Shown piece after piece: positions 1 through 10,872 of a stretch of DNA of 33,152 bases; positions within the stretch are counted from its first letter, which is position 1, and each line of letters opens with the position of its first letter. A program made the translations under genes and the position numbers. The notes beneath the pieces were generated by a model, which saw nothing but the letters and a program-made list of their open reading frames with translations, made no database searches and was not told the origin of the DNA. Source of the DNA: Welwitschia mirabilis (taxonomy: Eukaryota); contig JBOZIK010000001.1 in NCBI GenBank assembly GCA_051453625.1, forward strand, positions 8,757,198 to 8,790,349, given 5' to 3'.

Positions 1-455
1 CTCGAAAAGGCACTACTACTAAACCTGAAGAACCATCTACAAGTGATAACATTGAGGGAAAAATGGATGAAGATGTAGAAATCCTTGATGATATATACTT
101 TCCTTCCACTTCCACTTCAACAAACAAGAATAAAACACTAAACAGAGGAAGAAAACATCTTACCCCTTGGCTAGATAGACTCAACTCTAATCCAACTTAT
201 GATGAGTATACTAAAACAATCATGAAAGATGTTAATTTCAAACTACCATTTTGGTGCATACTTCAAGACAACCCTAAGTATGCCAAAGTATGGAAGGATT
301 TTTGTAGGAGGAAGTAAAAACATACATTACCAAGTAGAGTATTTTTAGCCTAATCTATGGCCAACTTGGTGATGCAAAAATTTCCAAAATTTAAAGATCT
401 AGGGGCAGCAACCATTAGTGTGATCTTAGAAGGCAATAAAAAGGTTAATAAGGCT
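1..455 (+). pseudogene. Ty3/gypsy gag-protease linker fragment, truncated immediately before the aspartic-protease catalytic motif
   Basis: The frame of ORF 63..317 reads through two TAA stops to ...PKFKDLGAATISVILEGNKKVNKA (ends 455). This aligns with PKFKDPMVAMINVIL*GNKEIKKA|LIDIGSS at ~27718-27810, and WLDRLNSNPTYDEY aligns with CLNRLNTNPKFDKH at ~27510. PKxKDxG is the usual pre-protease motif of Athila-type gag-pol. Confidence 0.85.
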
Positions 456-1513
456 AAATAAGTCCTTTTACGGCATTTATTAAATAAACGCCTTAATAAA
501 CACCTTAATTAAGGGGCAATTTAAACCCCGCATTGTAATAAACGCCTTGAAGTAAAAAAGCTAAGATCTTTGTAAGAGGTGTTTTTAAAGATAAATGCAG
601 GCGTTTGATATCTTCTACGGCACTTAACCAAACAAACGCCTTAAAAGCTACGTTTCTTTACAAATTAACATGTCTTGCCAAAAATAAAACCCTCCCGCGC
701 ACATTTCTTTCGCAAAAACAGCGTGTTTCTTCTGAAAACCCCTGCGTGTCTCTTCCAAAAAATAATGCATGTTGCCAAAAAAAATAGGGCGTGCCAGCAT
801 CCATGAGGGCATCCATTTTCCATATCCACGGTATCCTCCTTTAACAGCGGTGTCATGTTTGAAGCTTTTGTTTGGCTTCAATAGAGCCAATCATGTGCTT
901 CACGGGTATAAAGACATTGATTANNNNNNNNNNNNNNNNNNNNNNNNNNNNNNNNNNNNNNNNNNNNNNNNNNNNNNNNNNNNNNNNNNNNNNNNNNNNN
1001 NNNNNNNNNNNNNNNNNNNNNNNAGCTTAGAAGGCAATAAAAAGGTTAATAAGGAATGAGGATCGGCGTGGTATAAGAAATAAATCCCTTTAAGGCGTTT
1101 ATTTAAATAAACACCTTACTTAAGCGTAAATAAACACCTTACTTAAGCGGCAATTTAAACCCCACATTTAAATAGACACCTTGACGTAAAAAAGCTAAGA
1201 TCTTTTTAAGGGGTTTTTTAAGATAAACGCAGGCGTTTATAAGTCGAGTGTTTGAGATCTTTTATGGCGCTTAACGAAAACAACGCCTTAAAAGCTAGGT
1301 TTCAAACCCTCCCACGCACGCTTCTTTTGCAAAGACAGCGTGTTTCTTCTGGAAACCCCTGCGTGTCTCTTCCAAAAAATAATGCATGTTGCCAAAAAAA
1401 TAGGGCGTCGAGGGCATCCATTTTCCATATCCACAGTATCCTCCTTTAAGAGCAGTTTTTGTTTGGCTTCAATAGAGCCAATCATGTGCTTCACGGGTAT
1501 AAAGACATTGATT
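425..1513 (+). repeat. Two diverged copies (~425-923 and ~1026-1513) of a retroelement gag-PR/3'-internal junction segment, separated by a 100-N gap
   Basis: Both copies share CTTAGAAGGCAATAAAAAGGTTAATAAGG and long downstream blocks such as CCCTGCGTGTCTCTTCCAAAAAATAATGCATGTTGCC and TTCAATAGAGCCAATCATGTGCTTCACGGGTATAAAGACATTGATTA. They differ by many substitutions and indels. Confidence 0.9.
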
Positions 1514-2230
1514 ATTGTCCTCATGCCAAGGCTTCTTTCTCAAGACCCACCACTTGCAAAANNNNNNNNNNNNNNNNNNNNNNNNNNNNNNNNNNNNNNN
1601 NNNNNNNNNNNNNNNNNNNNNNNNNNNNNNNNNNNNNNNNNNNNNNNNNNNNNNNNNNNNNTTCTTTCTCAAGACCCACCACTTGCAAAAAGTGCCGCTT
1701 CTGTAATCGCATAGGCTAAGGTTTATCCTTTACTATTTTCTGTTTTTTTTCTTTTGTTCTTATGTTTCTTGCAAATGTTGTTTTGAGGGTTTCCAAGAAA
1801 GTTGCAAACTACTCTGTTCTTATCTTCATTGGGTCCTAAGACTTGCAGTAGTGAATCATTCCTTTTCTGTTTTGGGTCTTATGGATATAAACTTTTAGGA
1901 AACTCTATTTGNNNNNNNNNNNNNNNNNNNNNNNNNNNNNNNNNNNNNNNNNNNNNNNNNNNNNNNNNNNNNNNNNNNNNNNNNNNNNNNNNNNNNNNNN
2001 NNNNNNNNNNNTGTAGTTCTGAGTCTTACAAAAATTGTGTTTCTTTCATATCATTGTACTCAAGTACCTTGTTTTTTTGGAACAGGTAAATGATAATTAT
2101 ATAATGATGATGACTTTCTTTTATATTAAATTGTCAGTTGATCTAGACATGCAACGTAACTTTTGATTTGATTTTAAGGTTTTCTTTCCCCAATAATTTG
2201 GCATTGCAAAGTCCTATTTCACTTTGTTTG

Positions 2231-3073
2231 TCGAGGGACTGATAAAACGCTAGGTGGGGAGCTATGTTATGATCCCAAACTGTCATGTTTTAATGGTGTA
2301 ATTGGCGATGTTTTATAGGGAAGAAGAACTCAATTTAGTCATTTTTAGGCATTTTGTTGTGAACTGATCTAACAATCTAATTATGATCTTAAATGCCGTA
2401 TTTTCATCTAGAAAAGCAAGAATTCAACTAAGGAACAAAGTGGAGCAAAAAGTGGAGGAAAAAACCCAACAAAATAACTGTTGTTCCCTCTATTATCCCC
2501 ATGACATAGGGCATGACCATATGGATAAAAGCATTCAAAGGATGTTGCCTTAGGCTGACTTGGCGAGACTGATGTGACTTATTGACATGGCTATCATGGG
2601 GGCTACATAGGAGACGACATAGCCGTTAATTTTTAAATTCAAATACCAACAAGATTCTGACATGGCAGGATGTGATTGGATGATGAAGGGGTGTCATGTC
2701 CTTTGTCGTCCCCATGACGACAGAAACATGACAGTGTCATAACTTCTTTTTAACCAAGTCAATTAAGGTCTATTTTACACCTAATAACGTCTCTTCATCT
2801 GTATCGATCTCCCTGACCCATAACCACCTCAATAAAGCTATAAAAACCACTTTTGGCATCATTTAGTCATCTTTTTAGCATTGGAGGATTGGCGACAAAG
2901 GCATCCAAGGAGTCAAGGGTCTATTTCAGCAGAGGAGAGATCATTCTTGGTGATTAGGCTATGCTTATGACATTGAGGAGTCACTATCTTACTGAGGTGT
3001 TGTATGACATTCAATTGATTTAATAAAATGTCTTTCTTTTTTAAATCTTATGATTTCTTTTATGGTTTATGTT
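2231..3073 (+). mobile_element. PPT plus 3'-truncated LTR (family A)
   Basis: GCTAGGTGGGGAGCTA|TGTTATG gives a purine tract then a TG start at 2265. There is a TATA-like CTATAAAAA at ~2839. TTATGGTTTATGTT (3060-3073) is shared with the LTRs at 24461 and 30395(-), and similarity to those copies stops here. Confidence 0.7.
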
Positions 3074-5204
3074 AAAGTTTAATTAATATTTTATTATATT
3101 AATACTAAATTAGACACATGTCATAAGGGCTAAGTTGGGTGACAACAACTCAGAAATTTAGTATCATAGGCTTGCATTTCATCTCTCTTTCATAATTTGC
3201 ATTACACATTAGAATAGGTTGCGTTGTCAATTTTCCTTTTTACATATAAAAGCACAAAATTAATCCAAAACATTGGGTTGGAATTCAAAATATATTCTTT
3301 CTTATTTATGTTCTTGATTAGATTGTTGCCTTACTTTCTCCAGATTACGAAATTAATTGGTTAGTTCATCCTATACTAAGCCTAATTGCAATTTTCTTAT
3401 TTCAAGCATTGATTACTTTTGAAGTGAAATTTAGGCAACTAATAAATGACTTTCACAAGTTGTTAAGCAAATAAAAATAAGAGAAAGAATGGATAATTTT
3501 TTACTTTTGGATGTACTTTTTACTATTAATGTTGATGTTTTTCCAAATTTTATGAATGCATTCATAAACATTTAGAATGATCCTTTATCATCTCTGAATG
3601 CTTTGCATAATTTCAACACATCATCTAATCTTATTATTTATTATCTCGAGCCTCCACGCATGCATTACCTTAGAAAATTCCTTATGAAACTTTTAGTTTC
3701 ATTATGTGCTTTTAGATTAGATTTCTCATTTAGAGTATATTTTTCTTTTGAGATAGATTTATGTTTTAAAAAGTTTTAAACATTAAAAACATTTGTGTTT
3801 GATGCCCTTTCTCACCTTAAACCATCTAAGCACTTCCACTTGTATAATCACCACCTCAAACATTTCCATCTAAGAAACCCCAAATGTCATCCAAAGCATA
3901 GAATAAATCATCATTGCCTTAAACCCCATTACTCACCCATTCCACTTGTACCCCACCTAATAAATTTTACCAACCATTCTTTCCTTCTATCCATCTATGC
4001 GTTTCTAAAACTAGATGATCACGTTTGATGGTCTATAATGAATAAAATATTAATAAGTAATCATATTGTCATTATGAGTTAGATAGAATTTAAGCTTATC
4101 TTCAGTTTTTCAAGAAAATATTTTGCTTGTTTTCAAGTTATCTTGTTAAGATTAGTTTCATTTAAGATCTCTTAATTAGAAAATATTATTAAACTAAGGT
4201 GGGATATATTATTATGCTATGTTAATTATTCTCAAGGAATTTTATGAGGATAAGATTTATCTTGATTAGGCTAATAAGCCAATGACTTCTTCATGTGCAT
4301 TAAAATGAATTTAACATGAGAAGGAGTAATTAGAAGAAAATGAAATATCTCCTATCCAAGAAAGCACATTACATAATGATAAATTAAAAAATTGAATTTA
4401 GTTAACTATATCAAGGCTATGGATGCTCACTGGTCATGTAGCTTTCATGATTTATTTTATGATATGTTTAACTGCATTGAGGCTATAAACACTTGCTAGC
4501 AATGTATCACTAATTGCTTCATACATTAACATGCTTAATTATATTAGAAGAAGATGTCATAACACTAGGTGTCCAATTTGATCTAAATACTTGAAGCAAG
4601 GAACAAAGTATGATCATGGAAAAGGTAAAAATTAGAATAAAAAGGGTGGAATTAGGAGATTCTTTTATGTTTACTTTTCTTAACTTATGTACTTATAATT
4701 TTTTAATTGATTTTTTATTACTTATAGGTTTACTTAGAAGATAATTATTTTTTTATAATATGATCCTTTTAAGTTTCAAATGAAATTGATAAACTTTTCA
4801 ATAAATGTGGTCATTAACTTAGGTATTATATCTTTTAAATTTGTAGATGATACAATCAAGTCTCATCTTTTCTTTTCCCTTAGATCGCGTCATAGTTTTT
4901 CCTAAATTCTTACATCAAAATCATTTTCTAGCCTTGCATGAAAATCCATTTAAAATCTTTTAAAACACCTTCACTTATTCTCAAAAAGCTTTTTATAAAT
5001 TCTCTATCTCTTTAACTTTGTAAATAAACTTTAGTTTTGATTGGGGCTGTAGAATCGTTTTTATAGAATTTTTTTAATTTTGATGCCTTATTTATCAAAA
5101 TTGATCAAAAATGTTGTCAAATGATATCATTTTCATACTTGATCATTTTTACTTAAATAATTTTTTTATGTTTATAATTTTTTAATCAACATTTTGCGAA
5201 GACA

Positions 5205-6656
5205 CTAATAAAAGTCTGGTTGGGGATGTGTTTACATGTAAAACTTACCATTACAAACAAGTAGAATTAGTTAATTTAGCATAGGGAAAGATATTTAATT
5301 CATTAATTTATCATAAAATAATATCTTTTATCCTTTTTAGCATGTTTTCATGAAAATATAAGTTTTCCCCTAACATTAGTAGGCTTATTACTGGTTTTTG
5401 GAGAACACTATAAAACTTGAAGGAATTCTAGCAAACAATGTGGCGTTGCTACCTAGGACTAGTGGAATCACCCACCTTCTAAGTCAAAACTTATCAAAAC
5501 TCATGTTCTTACATTAATTCAGAGAGTTTATCACAATTAACTTATGTACTAAGTTAGAAGTAATCCCGAATAAATCTTCAAACTTAATGGCACATGGTAG
5601 AAGTATAAAATGACATATTATAATGACATGTAGTAATAATGAGGATGACTATGTGGAATAAATTTGTCATGGCATCCATTATTAGCATCATTATCAATCA
5701 AAAGACATGTAAATTCATGCTTAAGAATGTTTTTTTATGGCTACATGCTAAAAATTGGAACTTCCACCTTCTGTAACTACTCTTAAGTAACCCTCCCTAT
5801 ATAACATCTCACTAATTACTCATCTAACTTAATCATGATAAGATTTCTAAGCCTTTCCTCATTTATAAAAGGGCCTTGATCCCCTATTGTAATGGATCTT
5901 TTGATTGGCTAATGTGGGAAAAGACTTGAAGTGCTAGGACGTCATAATGTTCTAGTCATCTTTCTTGGGGGTAGATTGTTCTATGGCTAGTTGAGAAGTC
6001 CTTCATCTTCACCTCATTTCTTTTAATGTAATGTATATTTTTAGATGTTTAATATAAGAATTATTTTTTTTAATTCTTGATATTAGCAATCATTAGGTGA
6101 AGTTAGTTCTTAAGTTGCATTTAGTCTTTCATTATTAATGCACATTAAATTGTTATTAGTAATCTTTAGAGGAGGCTACTTTATTGTTAAGTTCTTTTAT
6201 AACTGAGTGTGTTGTTTAAGGTTTCTTCTAAACTATCATAGTCATTATTTTTTGATGGATCTCGTGCACCTTTGTTCATACTTTTCATGCTTATAAAGGG
6301 CTATGAAGGATCAAAAAGACTGAATAACTTACCAACACTCATGTGGTGGATTAGATTATGCCTCCATACCAAGCTTTAACAACTTGATGGTTTTAGTTAT
6401 GTTTCGGGATATAGAAGTTATTGGAGAAAGGTGGGGCACAAAATGAACTAGCTAGACTTTTGAAGCACTTTTGTTCCCATATGTTTCCAAGCAAAGATCA
6501 ATAAATTCTTAATCTTTTAGGTTTTGTTTTATTTTGCTTTCCATTGCAAGTCCAATTAATTGTATTTCTCTTGATTAATTTACAACATATGTCCCTATAG
6601 AAGAACAATACTAGGTTCTTACCTAGTTAAATCTGGTTCACTACCATACATGAACA
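5205..6656 (+). mobile_element. PPT plus ~1.43-kb LTR (family B, Athila-like)
   Basis: AAGTCTGGTTGGGGATG|TGTTTACATG puts the LTR start at ~5229. There is TATAAAAGGG at ~5864 and an end ...CTACCATACATGAACA at 6656, giving TGTT...AACA termini. The upstream 3.1-5.2 kb is probably its non-coding 3' internal region. Confidence 0.55.
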
Positions 6657-7816
6657 ATTATCTCCAAATTTTAAAAATTGAGTTTTTCTTTTGTTCAGTA
6701 AGGTGTGTGGTGTGACTTTAATAAATTCGCAAAAGCAAAAATTAAAAATTAAAAAAAGGAAAGAAAAGATAATAATTTGATTGCATGACTATCATCTAAT
6801 TACATAACTATCATCTGTTGGTAATATTATAATAAGTAAACTAGATAAATTTATGAAAATATGATAAAGTATCACCTATCAATAACATTATGATAAACCT
6901 ATTGAATACATAGTGATACATGGTAATGCATTACTTATCGTCATTAATTTGCATGCTACTACATATGAGATGATTTTCACAAATTTTGTGCACTTATCAC
7001 TATGGTATTGCATGCCATTTCATGTGCAATAAAGTCTTAGGAACTATTTATTATTTATTACTTATGATAATTAAGTAATAACTAGTATGATAACAATGGA
7101 GAATTATTTGTTAAGTATCGCAGACCATTGATAAGTAAGAACTAGAGCAACACTGGGTTAATTCAATGTTATTACATGGCTGTCACACTATGATAGTGTC
7201 ATTTAAATTAAAAATATAAAAATTACAACTAGGTTTCAAAACTCCATTTCATTTTCATTCTTCTTATCCCATTTCTATGCTAAGGGGCCACATTACAAGA
7301 GAATCTAAAAGTTGATTTTAGCCATCTAAACTCTAAACTAGCATCAGGTCAACATCTAAAGGGACTACATCTACATAGCTAAGGCTCATCTTAACCTTCC
7401 TTTTTTTCTTTTGGAAAGAAATATGATTCGTTTAATTCAAAAGGAGGGCTTCTATCTTCTAATAATAGAGGTTTTGATGGTGGTCTCTTTGAATATAATT
7501 TCCAATTGTTGTTTGAAGTGTTCTAACTCTATTCCTATAAAATTTAACATGTAGAAATAAATAATGGCCCTCCTTCAAATTTGAAACCATTGAAATGTAA
7601 AAGAAAACATAAGAATTGTGTTGATTACTTCAAAAACACTATTTTCACTCATTTGTTGATTTATTTATTTTTTATTTCAATCATTTTCTCTTAAAATCAA
7701 GTCTTTTCCATAGATTTCAACATGATTTTTAGAGAATTTTATATGTTTTTAGGGTATTCCTTGAAATCGGAGGTTCTAATAATAAGTTTACTTCTTTCAA
7801 ATTAAATAACCTAGTT

Positions 7817-8450
7817 ATAGTAGCAAAACTAGAGGAAGCACCGCTACTCAAGCTTCCACTCCTATTTCAACTCCTACTCTAGTCATTGTGGAAGCTCCTC
7901 CTTCCATACAAGGATGATTTCCTAGTGTGTTACCTTACAAATAGCAGTAAACAAGAGGAAAAGATTCCAAGAGGCCATTCTGATAATAGAAAATGATTAG
8001 ATAGAGTGGCTAGAGATTATTCAGCTTGGCTTGATCCAAAACATGGTATATAGGATCCTGACCTAGTTTGTTAAGACAACTCATAAAGAATATTATCCAA
8101 TTATGTCAAAGAATTTTATTATACAATGAGCTCTAGGTATAAGCACTCTATTTACTAATCTATCAATTAGCTTGAACGAGAGATTATCATTAGATCTCAA
8201 TTAGGGAACACAGAGATCAAAATTTCTGATAAATTTTTACAAGAAATGTATATTATTTTCAATGAAGGGACATGTTTATACATCTACATAGGAACACAAG
8301 AATAGAGGCTAGAATTTTGTAGGGCTTTCATAAGATATGAGATCATTTCTGAGGAATCTACACTAGCCTATGGAAAAAGTCTTTCAATTTAGCTTACTTC
8401 TCCTTGGCACATGTATTATTTAGATTAATATCTTTTATGTAATGTCCACT
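7817..8450 (+). pseudogene. Decayed retroelement extra ORF (ATHILA ORF-1 / 'putative plant transposon protein'-like)
   Basis: Starts (M>I)VAKTRGSTATQASTP. Later, across a frameshift, it reads EYYP/NYVKEFYYTM...IIIRSQLGNTEIKISDKFLQEMYIIFNEG...LAHVLFRLISFM*CP, resembling the 'YPxLVxEFY...IxSxVxGxxI...EG' pattern of these ORFs. Multiple stops. Confidence 0.55.
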
Positions 8451-8790
8451 TTTAACATCCAACATAGACATAAATAATTAATAGTGAGATGACAGTATTA
8501 TGGATAGAACTCTGATAGCATAATAGAATATTTGAAATTTTACCTTAGTCACACTAGAGTTATAACTTACCACTCCCAACACCATAATACTTACCAATTA
8601 ATTAATATATTAAAACTAAAATTTATGGATTATGTTAGATATATATTTAAAAGGATACCATAGTCCATAATTTTTATTCATACTTAGCTAATGTTTTAAT
8701 TGGTCTCTTACATCCATTAACTTAGATGCTAAAATTAAGCAAAAGCTTTGTATTTGGACTACCTTAAGAATTGTCTAAAATTAAAATGAA

Positions 8791-8864
8791 GGTCATCCCA
8801 AGGATTCGAACTAGCGATCTGGGAGTTTGTAACTCCACTCGATAACTGCCTCAGCCATTGGTTC
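8791..8864 (-). other. tRNA-like Pol III cassette (pseudo-tRNA or tRNA-derived SINE head)
   Basis: The minus strand reads GAACCAA TG GCTGAGGCAGTTATCGAG TGGAG-TTACAAA-CTCCC AGATC GCTAG TTCGAAT CCTTG GGATGACC. It has an A-box-like TGGCTGAGGCAG at position 8, a B box GTTCGAATCC (8802-8811), an anticodon-type stem-loop at tRNA spacing, and T4 just downstream. The acceptor, D and T stems do not pair. Confidence 0.65.
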
Positions 8865-10262
8865 TTACCCACTTTTTTTTTCTTACTTTGCTCGCATTCC
8901 TAAGATTGCAATTCTCGATCCTTACAATGGTGACGCTTCTCACAAAACCGTTCATGCCTACGTAGTCATGGAGGGTTGAGCTTTTTCCTTTGCATCGGGT
9001 CACAAACCCATTTCGTTCCTTTGGTGATTAAGATACCGGGTCCTGTATACAGATTTCTTAATCTAGGTTGGAAGGAGTTTCTCAAAATGTCTGTAGATTA
9101 TTGTCAATTTCAAGACTTTTTAGGCGGATTATGCAACTATTGACGTTGCAGATGAATTAGACCGTTATTTTACCGTGAGAAAACCGTTTTGCATAGTAAG
9201 GAGGCGACAGTTCGGCTGGCATGGCCACGGGAGATGTGCAGATGGAATGAGGAGGCCCATACGAGGGAAAGTCAAGTGCAGAAAGGAAGTTGCAAATGAG
9301 AAAGAGGAAGTCACAAAAGAGAACATAAAACTTATCAGTCGCTGGATTTGAACTCTTGATTGCAGGACTCCGAACGCGATGAAGAGCCAAGAGCAGAATG
9401 TGCAGGCTTGAGAGGGTCGTGAGGAATAGCAGCCATAAGCGTTCTTAACAGTCAGCAGTATGGCAGTGGTTACGCAGAGAAGAGAGGAGAATGATAAACT
9501 GACAGAGGGAGGAAGGCAGCGTGTTTTATGGATGAAAACGCTAGCATCGGCGACATCACAAATGGTTTGATGATCTGATCTGCGTTCTGTCAAATTCGCT
9601 GCTACGTCCTTGACAACGAGGCAGCAGAGTTGCTCTTTAGGTGGGTGATGGCGGCCTGTTCTGCGGTGTGTCACATAGGTAGAAGAAGAAGACGGAAGGG
9701 AAGAAGCAAGGCAAACTCCAGATTGGAGGGAGCCACAGCAACTCCACGGACGCGCTGCTCAATGCCCAGAAGTACATGGACGCCCTTTATTTGCCACAGC
9801 AACTTTATTTGCCAGTGATTTTTCTTAAACTCAAAAAACGACCTTCTCAGTTTATATTTTCAAGAACAAATCATAAACAGAAAATGAATTGAATCTGTTT
9901 TATCCAATGTGCTATAATGATGTTACTCTCAGAACAATGGTAATGTAAACTTGAAAAAACAAACACTTAATGATTCATTTTATTAGAATTGTCTTTTCAT
10001 ATTTCTGTTTGATGACATTTAGTTTTTAAATCTGTTTATATATACATATGGTGCTGAATGAAAAATGCCTGTTAACAAAATGAATAACTTATATTTGCAA
10101 AAAGAAGGGCATATGCAAAATAACTCACTTATTCATTAAAGCTAAACCTAGAAACACAAATGCCTTTGTGAGGAGGATGCAATTGAAGGGAGAGTCGCAA
10201 TTGCCCTAAGACTTTGGTTTGATAGCCATGGCCATCGTTTTTAAGGATATCACATAATATAT

Positions 10263-10872
10263 GCCACGTCAATTAATCATCCGGAATGAGCTGAGCTGAG
10301 CTGAGCTATCTCATTTACTGTAAAATACGCCGCAGTTAGGCCAAGTCCCAAGGGGTGGACCAACTTATACGCATCTTCCAAGTTACTGGTTGTAAAAGGA
10401 GACTCCGACCTCATCTGCCTCCCCCTAGACTGCCGCCACGTCTTCCCCGCGACCTGCATTCACGCGAGGGGGAGGATGCGTGCCATGTGAAGATGCCCCA
10501 TGTGCAGGTCTTCCCCTCTCACAATGCTCCTCACGGAGTTCCTCCAGCCCGCCTGCCACTCGGCCCACATCCTGTCGTAACCACGCTCCTATCGCACACC
10601 GCCACGTCCTCATCGCAAGAAGCTTCTTTTTGAAGGATCAATGAGTAGTGAGCCATAGCACGCTATCATCGTGCAGCTGAGGCTGTTGACCATTGGTGCT
10701 CGTGCTCCGCAGTTGCAGATTCAACAGCAATGCATCTCAGTTTTCATGCTCGTCAAACTCTTTTCCGGAATAGCTGAACCAGGTCTCGCTCTTTTGAGTC
10801 ACAAGGGAACACTCGGATAAAATAGAAGGGCCCCAGTTGTATGCTGGGCTAACCACGAAAACGGCGCACGTG
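10263..10872. promoter_or_regulatory. Cluster of ABRE-type ACGTGGC motifs and a G-box
   Basis: GCCACGTC at 10263-10270, 10435-10442 and 10601-10608, all in the same orientation, plus CACGTG at 10867-10872. Confidence 0.45.
10287..10307. repeat. (TGAGC)4 pentanucleotide microsatellite
   Basis: TGAGCTGAGCTGAGCTGAGCT read directly. Confidence 0.95.

Noticed and set aside
1533..1690. 29-bp direct repeat TTCTTTCTCAAGACCCACCACTTGCAAAA (CRISPR-like size)
   Set aside because: Only two copies abutting a 100-N gap, i.e. a contig overlap. No spacers or cas genes, and the context is eukaryotic.
8791..8864. Functional tRNA-Cys(ACA)
   Set aside because: The acceptor, D and T stems cannot pair, so it is kept only as a tRNA-like cassette.
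9500..9592. TGACAGAGGGAGGAAGGCAGC resembling miR156, with TCTGTCA downstream
   Set aside because: Only the first 7 nt match miR156 and pairing breaks after ~8 bp, so there is no credible precursor or target site.
9611..9673. TGACAACGAG, identical to the first 10 nt of miR535
   Set aside because: The 3' half does not match and the fold-back is heavily bulged.
9870..10012. Imperfect inverted repeat AAACAGAAAATGAA / TTCATATTTCTGTTT as a MITE
   Set aside because: Short and AT-rich, with no definable termini or TSD.
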